Positions 7,759 to 11,683 of a stretch of 11,683 nucleotides of DNA are shown here, piece by piece. The first letter of the stretch is position 1, and the number at the start of each line of letters is the position of its first letter. A model generated the notes under the pieces. It was not told where the DNA came from. It searched no databases and worked only from the letters and a program-made list of their open reading frames with translations. The stretch is taken from assembly GCA_041483195.1 (NCBI GenBank), contig JBGPFC010000062.1, forward strand, positions 1 through 11,683, given 5' to 3'. Origin of the DNA: Candidatus Eiseniibacteriota bacterium (GTDB lineage: Bacteria; Eisenbacteria; RBG-16-71-46). A program made the position numbers and the translations under genes.

Positions 7759-8763
7759 TCAGGCGGAGCGCGCCGTCGTTCCGCTCGTCGCCGCACCCGC
7801 GGCCGGCGCGTGCTTGGTCGCGGCGTGCGCCTCGGCCTCGAGCCAGCGCTCGGCCTCGATCGCGGCCATGCAGCCGGTCCCGGCGGCGGTCACCGCCTGA
7901 CGGTACACCGCGTCCGCCACGTCGCCCGCCGCGAACACGCCCGGAATCCTCGTGCGCGCGGTGCCCGGCTCGACGTGCAGGTAGCCCCGCGCGTCCATCG
8001 GCAGATGGCCCGCGAGGAACTTCGTGTTCGGCTCGTGTCCGATCGCGACGAACAATCCATCGATCGCGTGCTCGGTCACGGCGCCGGTCTTCAGGTTGCG
8101 AAGCCGGACCCCGCGCACCTTCTGCTGCTCCGCGACGTTCAGCACCTCCGCGACCTCGCTGTCCCAGATGAAGCGGATCTTCGGGTTCGCGAGCGCGCGC
8201 TCCTGCATGATCTTCGAGGCGCGCAGCGCGTCGCGCCGGTGCACCACGATCACCTCGCTGCACAATCGCGCGAGGTAGTTCGCCTCTTCCATCGCGGTGT
8301 CGCCGCCGCCCACGACCATCACGCGCTTGTTCTTGAAGAACGGGCCGTCGCAGGTCGCGCACGCCGAGACGCCGAAGCCCATCAGCCGGGTCTCGCTCTC
8401 GATCCCGAGCAGCTTGGCGGAGGCTCCGGTCGCGACGATCACGCTGTTGGCGCGGTACTCCTTGCCGTCGTCGGTCCACACCGTGAACGGCCGCTTCGAG
8501 AGGTCCACGCGCTCGACCGCGCCCGGCACGATCTCGGTGCCGAAGCGCTCGATCTGCTTGCGCATGACCTCCATCAGCTCGGGGCCCATGATGCCGTGCT
8601 CGAAGCCGGGATAGTTCTCGACCTCGGTGGTGATGGTGAGCTGGCCGCCGGGCTGCCAGCCGGAGATGAGGAGGGGCTTCAAATTGGCGCGCGCGGCATA
8701 GAGCGCCGCGGTATAGCCGGCCGGGCCCGCGCCGAGGATTACGACTTCGTAAACACGCGACAA
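7759..8763 (-). CDS. trxB: Thioredoxin-disulfide reductase
   Basis: GAGPAGYTAA, GGQLTITTEVENYPGF, CATCDG, GGGDTAMEEA, HRRD, AAGDV and YRQAVTAAGTG motifs. TTG at 8763 has GGAG 6 nt upstream; ATG 8775 is the alternative start. Confidence 0.95.
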   Translation of the reverse strand: MSRVYEVVILGAGPAGYTAALYAARANLKPLLISGWQPGGQLTITTEVENYPGFEHGIMGPELMEVMRKQIERFGTEIVPGAVERVDLSKRPFTVWTDDGKEYRANSVIVATGASAKLLGIESETRLMGFGVSACATCDGPFFKNKRVMVVGGGDTAMEEANYLARLCSEVIVVHRRDALRASKIMQERALANPKIRFIWDSEVAEVLNVAEQQKVRGVRLRNLKTGAVTEHAIDGLFVAIGHEPNTKFLAGHLPMDARGYLHVEPGTARTRIPGVFAAGDVADAVYRQAVTAAGTGCMAAIEAERWLEAEAHAATKHAPAAGAATSGTTARSA

Positions 8764-8799
8764 GACGTTCTCCATGAAGAGGGTAGGAGGAGGAGGGCG

Positions 8800-8828
8800 A
8801 TAGTAGACCAGCCCACAACGGGCGACAA
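8800..8828 (-). promoter_or_regulatory. Sigma70-type promoter for trxB-ETF-QO-lipoprotein-queG
   Basis: TTGTCG (8828-8823), 17-nt spacer, TACTAT (8805-8800). The downstream genes are separated by only 24-30 nt. Confidence 0.6.
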
Positions 8829-8873
8829 AACCGCCCTTACGATGCCGCGCGCGGGTGGAGCGGTGCTAGCGCC

Positions 8874-10709
8874 TCAGCGCCGGGTCCGGCCCTCGATGCT
8901 ATCGACCCGCGCGATCACCGCGAGAATGTGGAGCGCGTCCGGGTCGTCTGGCACCAGCGTGAGCAGCATGCTCGCCGCGCGCTCCGCCTCGTCGAGCCGC
9001 CTCAACTGATACGACGAACCCGCGAGCCCGCGCCACGCGAACTCGTCCTGGGGGCTCGCGGCGACCACGCGGCGGTAGAGCGCCTGCGATGTCGCGAAGT
9101 CGTGCTGGCCCGCGGCGCAGATCGCCCACTCGGTGAGGATGCGCGGGCTGGGCGCGGTCTCCGCCGCCTTCTCGAACGCCACGGCGCCCTCGGCCCACCG
9201 CTGGAGCTTGAAGTAGCGCAGCCCGATGAAGTCCCAGGTCTCCGCCCGCTCGCCCGCGCCGCGCGCCGGGGACTCTGTGACGAACGCGCGGGCGCGCGCG
9301 AGCCCGCGCTCGAGATCGGTGGGGAGCAGCAGCCACTGGAGCGCTGGCGCGAGCACCCCCAGCGTCACCGCGACCGCGATCCACGCGCGCCGGGGCGCGG
9401 CCTCGATCGCGCGCGCCACCAGCCACGCCGCGAGCAGCGAGAGCGCGACGCCCGCCGCCGCGAAGCAGTCGAGGTCCCGGAAGAGTCCCTGGTGGGTGTG
9501 GACGAACAGCATCATCCCCGCATAGGGAACGACGAGCGCGAGCAGCACCTGCGCCTCGCGATGCCGCCACGCGCGGACGGCCACGAACAGCGCCGGCGTC
9601 ACGATCGCGAGCGGCGAGAGCGCCACGACCAGGTTCAGGAGATCGGAGAGATGGAGCGGCGCGAGCGCTGCGGCGATGATGCCCGACGCGACGCCGCCCG
9701 GCGCGAAATGCGGCTGGTCGTACTGGCGCATCGCCGAGATCATGTCGCGCGCCATCGCGGCCAGCGCCGCGAGCGGCAGGACCATCGCCACGACCCCGAT
9801 CGGACGGCGCAGCGCGGCGCGGCCCTCCGCGGTGCGGGCGGCCAGCGCCCAGGCGGCGACCAGCGGCGCGAGCAGCGCAAGCCCCGAGCGGTGCGAAGCG
9901 AAAGCTGCCGCCGCCGCGAGGCCGAGGGCGAACGCGCCGCGGCCGTCGCGCGCCAGCGCGATCGCCGCGATCGCCACCGCGATGGTGAGCAGGCTGGTCT
10001 CCATGAACGCCTTGTTGTAGCCGGTGAAGAGCGTGAGGTAGCCGCCGCACAGCACGATCGCGCACGCCGCGAAAGCGCCCGCCCCGCGCAGGCGCAGCAC
10101 GCGCGCGAAGCCGGTCGCGAGCGCGCCGAGCAGGCCGGCCTCGATCGCGCCCAGCAGACGCGTCGCGTCCACCCAGCCCAGCCCGAGCGCCGCGTGGAAT
10201 CCGCGCACCAGGTGGTCGTGCAGCAGCACCTCGAGCGGGAGCGCGACGTGCGACCACTTCGCGATCGGCACCACTTCGGTCTCGAGCGCGGAGAGCCGCA
10301 GCTGAAAGTCGCCGACGAAGTGGAGGCGGTCGGGGAGCGCCCACGTCAGCAGCGCGCCCGCCGCGCCGTACGCCAGCGCGCTCGCGAGCGGCGAGTCCGC
10401 GATCGCATCGCCGGCGCGCGCGAGCGCGGGGACGAGCGGGCGCGCGAGCGCCGGCGCGAGCGCGAGCGCGGCGAGCAACCAGAGCGTCCAGCCCGCGAGC
10501 GGCGGGAGGAAGCGCTGGGCGTCGAGGCTCCAGCCCCACATGTTGGGCACGAACGCGAACGCCGCGCGCGCGAGCGCGAGCACGGCGAGCGCGATCCAGA
10601 TCGAGCGAATCGCGCCATCGGACGCTCGCGAGTCGAGCGGCGGGGCGACCGTCGCCGCCCGCGCGGGCGCGGCGCGGCGAGTGCGGGCTCCTGCTGCGCG
10701 CGCGCTCAG
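8874..10709 (-). CDS. Multi-pass membrane protein with C-terminal TPR-like repeats, function unknown
   Basis: More than 10 hydrophobic segments, then TPR-like helices (WDFIGLRYFKLQRWAEGAVAFEKA; AWRGLAGSSYQLRRLDEAERA). Start uncertain: CTG 10709 overlapping the upstream TGA, or GTG 10583. Confidence 0.75.
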   Translation of the reverse strand: MSARAAGARTRRAAPARAATVAPPLDSRASDGAIRSIWIALAVLALARAAFAFVPNMWGWSLDAQRFLPPLAGWTLWLLAALALAPALARPLVPALARAGDAIADSPLASALAYGAAGALLTWALPDRLHFVGDFQLRLSALETEVVPIAKWSHVALPLEVLLHDHLVRGFHAALGLGWVDATRLLGAIEAGLLGALATGFARVLRLRGAGAFAACAIVLCGGYLTLFTGYNKAFMETSLLTIAVAIAAIALARDGRGAFALGLAAAAAFASHRSGLALLAPLVAAWALAARTAEGRAALRRPIGVVAMVLPLAALAAMARDMISAMRQYDQPHFAPGGVASGIIAAALAPLHLSDLLNLVVALSPLAIVTPALFVAVRAWRHREAQVLLALVVPYAGMMLFVHTHQGLFRDLDCFAAAGVALSLLAAWLVARAIEAAPRRAWIAVAVTLGVLAPALQWLLLPTDLERGLARARAFVTESPARGAGERAETWDFIGLRYFKLQRWAEGAVAFEKAAETAPSPRILTEWAICAAGQHDFATSQALYRRVVAASPQDEFAWRGLAGSSYQLRRLDEAERAASMLLTLVPDDPDALHILAVIARVDSIEGRTRR

Positions 10710-11521
10710 AATCGGACGCGGGCGCCGAGCCCGAGTCCGGACGGGCCGGCGTCGAGTCTCAGGCCGAATGGCGCGCGCGCATCCCATCGCGCGCGCGCGA
10801 TGCGCTCCACCTTGGCCGCGGTCCATGCGCCGAGCGCGGCGCCCGCGACCACGTCGCTCGCCCAGTGCTTGTCGTCGCGCACCCGCGACCACGCGACCAG
10901 GCCCGCGAGCGGAAACGCCGTCCATCGCACCCACGGGGACCGCGCCTCGCGATCGAGCGCCGTCGCGAGCGCGAACGCGAACGTGGCGTGCCCGGACGGG
11001 AACGAGTTGTCGCCGGAGAACGGCTGGAAGACCCCGGCGTCATCCGGGCTCTGGTAGGGCCGCGAGCGGCCGACCGCGAGCTTGAGCGCCTCGGTCTCGG
11101 CGGCGGTCACGGCGAGCGTCAGCGCGATGCGCTCGGATCCCGCCACGATGCGCGTGTCGTGCGCGGCGAGGCCCGCGCCCCACGCGAGCGCGAGCGCGGG
11201 GCCGATCACCAGCGGATTGCCGAGGTGCTCCGCCGCGCGCGACACGCGGCGATCGAACCGCGAGTCCGCCTCGATCGCCTCGTCCGTGATCCGGCGATCG
11301 CGCATCGCGACGGCGCCGACCGCGAGCGCCACCCCCGCGCCGAACCACGCGTCGCCGCGCGTGAACAACCGCGGCGGATCGTTGCGGGCGGGATCGGGCG
11401 GAGACATCATGGCGGGGGCCGGGGACTCGGCCGGCTGGCCGATGCTCGGGGAGGGGGTCGCGAGGGCCGCGGAGGTGAGCAGGCCGAGCGCCACGGCAAC
11501 CCGGAATGTCGTCGAACTCAG
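10706..11521 (-). CDS. PAP2-family phosphatase
   Basis: Complete motifs KLAVGRSRP (KX6RP), FPSGH and SRVRDDKHWASD (SRX5HX3D), plus a signal-like N-terminus. Start is CTG 11521 (GGAGG plus 7 nt) or GTG 11494. Confidence 0.9.
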   Translation of the reverse strand: MSSTTFRVAVALGLLTSAALATPSPSIGQPAESPAPAMMSPPDPARNDPPRLFTRGDAWFGAGVALAVGAVAMRDRRITDEAIEADSRFDRRVSRAAEHLGNPLVIGPALALAWGAGLAAHDTRIVAGSERIALTLAVTAAETEALKLAVGRSRPYQSPDDAGVFQPFSGDNSFPSGHATFAFALATALDREARSPWVRWTAFPLAGLVAWSRVRDDKHWASDVVAGAALGAWTAAKVERIARARWDARAPFGLRLDAGPSGLGLGARVRF

Positions 11522-11576
11522 TGGACAACCTCCACCCGAGGGCCTAGCCCGGATTATTCACAAGAAGTGAGGAACA

Positions 11577-11641
11577 CGAAGACCTCCGTGTGGTAGAAAG
11601 CGGTTGTCGACGCCACTCTCTTCCACGGACGGAGGTCTTCG
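11577..11641 (+). promoter_or_regulatory. RBS-sequestering hairpin in the IS leader
   Basis: CGAAGACCTCCGT (11577-11589) / ACGGAGGTCTTCG (11629-11641) covers GGAGG (11631-11635). Confidence 0.75.
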
Positions 11642-11642
11642 C

Positions 11643-11683
11643 GTGTCGCACTCTACCACGACACCCTGTGTACTGTTCCCGGA
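11643..11683 (+). CDS. IS1380-family transposase, N-terminal 13 codons only (MSHSTTTPCVLFP...)
   Basis: GGAGG, 7-nt spacer, GTG. The frame is open to the window edge and homologous to 40-1. Confidence 0.7.
   Translation, partial: MSHSTTTPCVLFP

Larger units (their letters stand above)
11548..11683 (+). mobile_element. Left end (IRL plus leader) of a second IS1380-family-like element, cut by the window edge
   Basis: Begins CCCGGATTATTCACAAG right after CTAG (11544-11547). Same layout as 135-1, with GTG 95 nt from the terminus. Confidence 0.8.

Noticed and set aside
10380..10700. GCGAGC/GCGCGC quasi-repeats
   Set aside because: Explained by Ala/Leu/Arg codons (GCG, CTC, CGC) in hydrophobic coding sequence.
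10710..10934. N-terminal extension of the membrane/TPR ORF
   Set aside because: Overlaps the PAP2 catalytic region in another frame; a high-GC open-frame artefact.
2475..11057. Long alternative ORFs (2810-4384, 4032-5408, 6520-7671, 7738-9009, 8928-11057, 8899-10539 and others)
   Set aside because: Shadow frames of well-supported genes in high-GC DNA. They are Arg/Ala-rich and have no motifs.
136..11547. ISEcp1-style one-ended mobilisation of the ars operon
   Set aside because: That mechanism captures DNA beyond the right IR. Here both left ends face the cargo.

Overview
High-GC bacterial DNA, possibly a whole assembly contig. Both ends carry the first ~135 bp of two related but non-identical IS1380-like insertion sequences pointing outward (106/135 ungapped identity by hand count). 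Each IS sits next to GCCTAG and has a 13-bp stem that buries the transposase RBS. The left IS truncates an FG-GAP repeat gene. Between the two IS ends lie a possible gene relic, a compact arsR-arsC-acr3 arsenic-resistance operon (+) with a clear promoter and operator, and a minus-strand run: PAP2 phosphatase, TPR-tailed multi-pass membrane protein, trxB, ETF-quinone oxidoreductase, DUF6600-like lipoprotein and queG. I see no firm evidence for a wholly new system. The best leads are the conserved IS leader structure, two apparent CTG starts, a possible leaderless peptide coupled to arsR, and the uncharacterised membrane/TPR gene. Family assignments come from motif recognition, not database searches.
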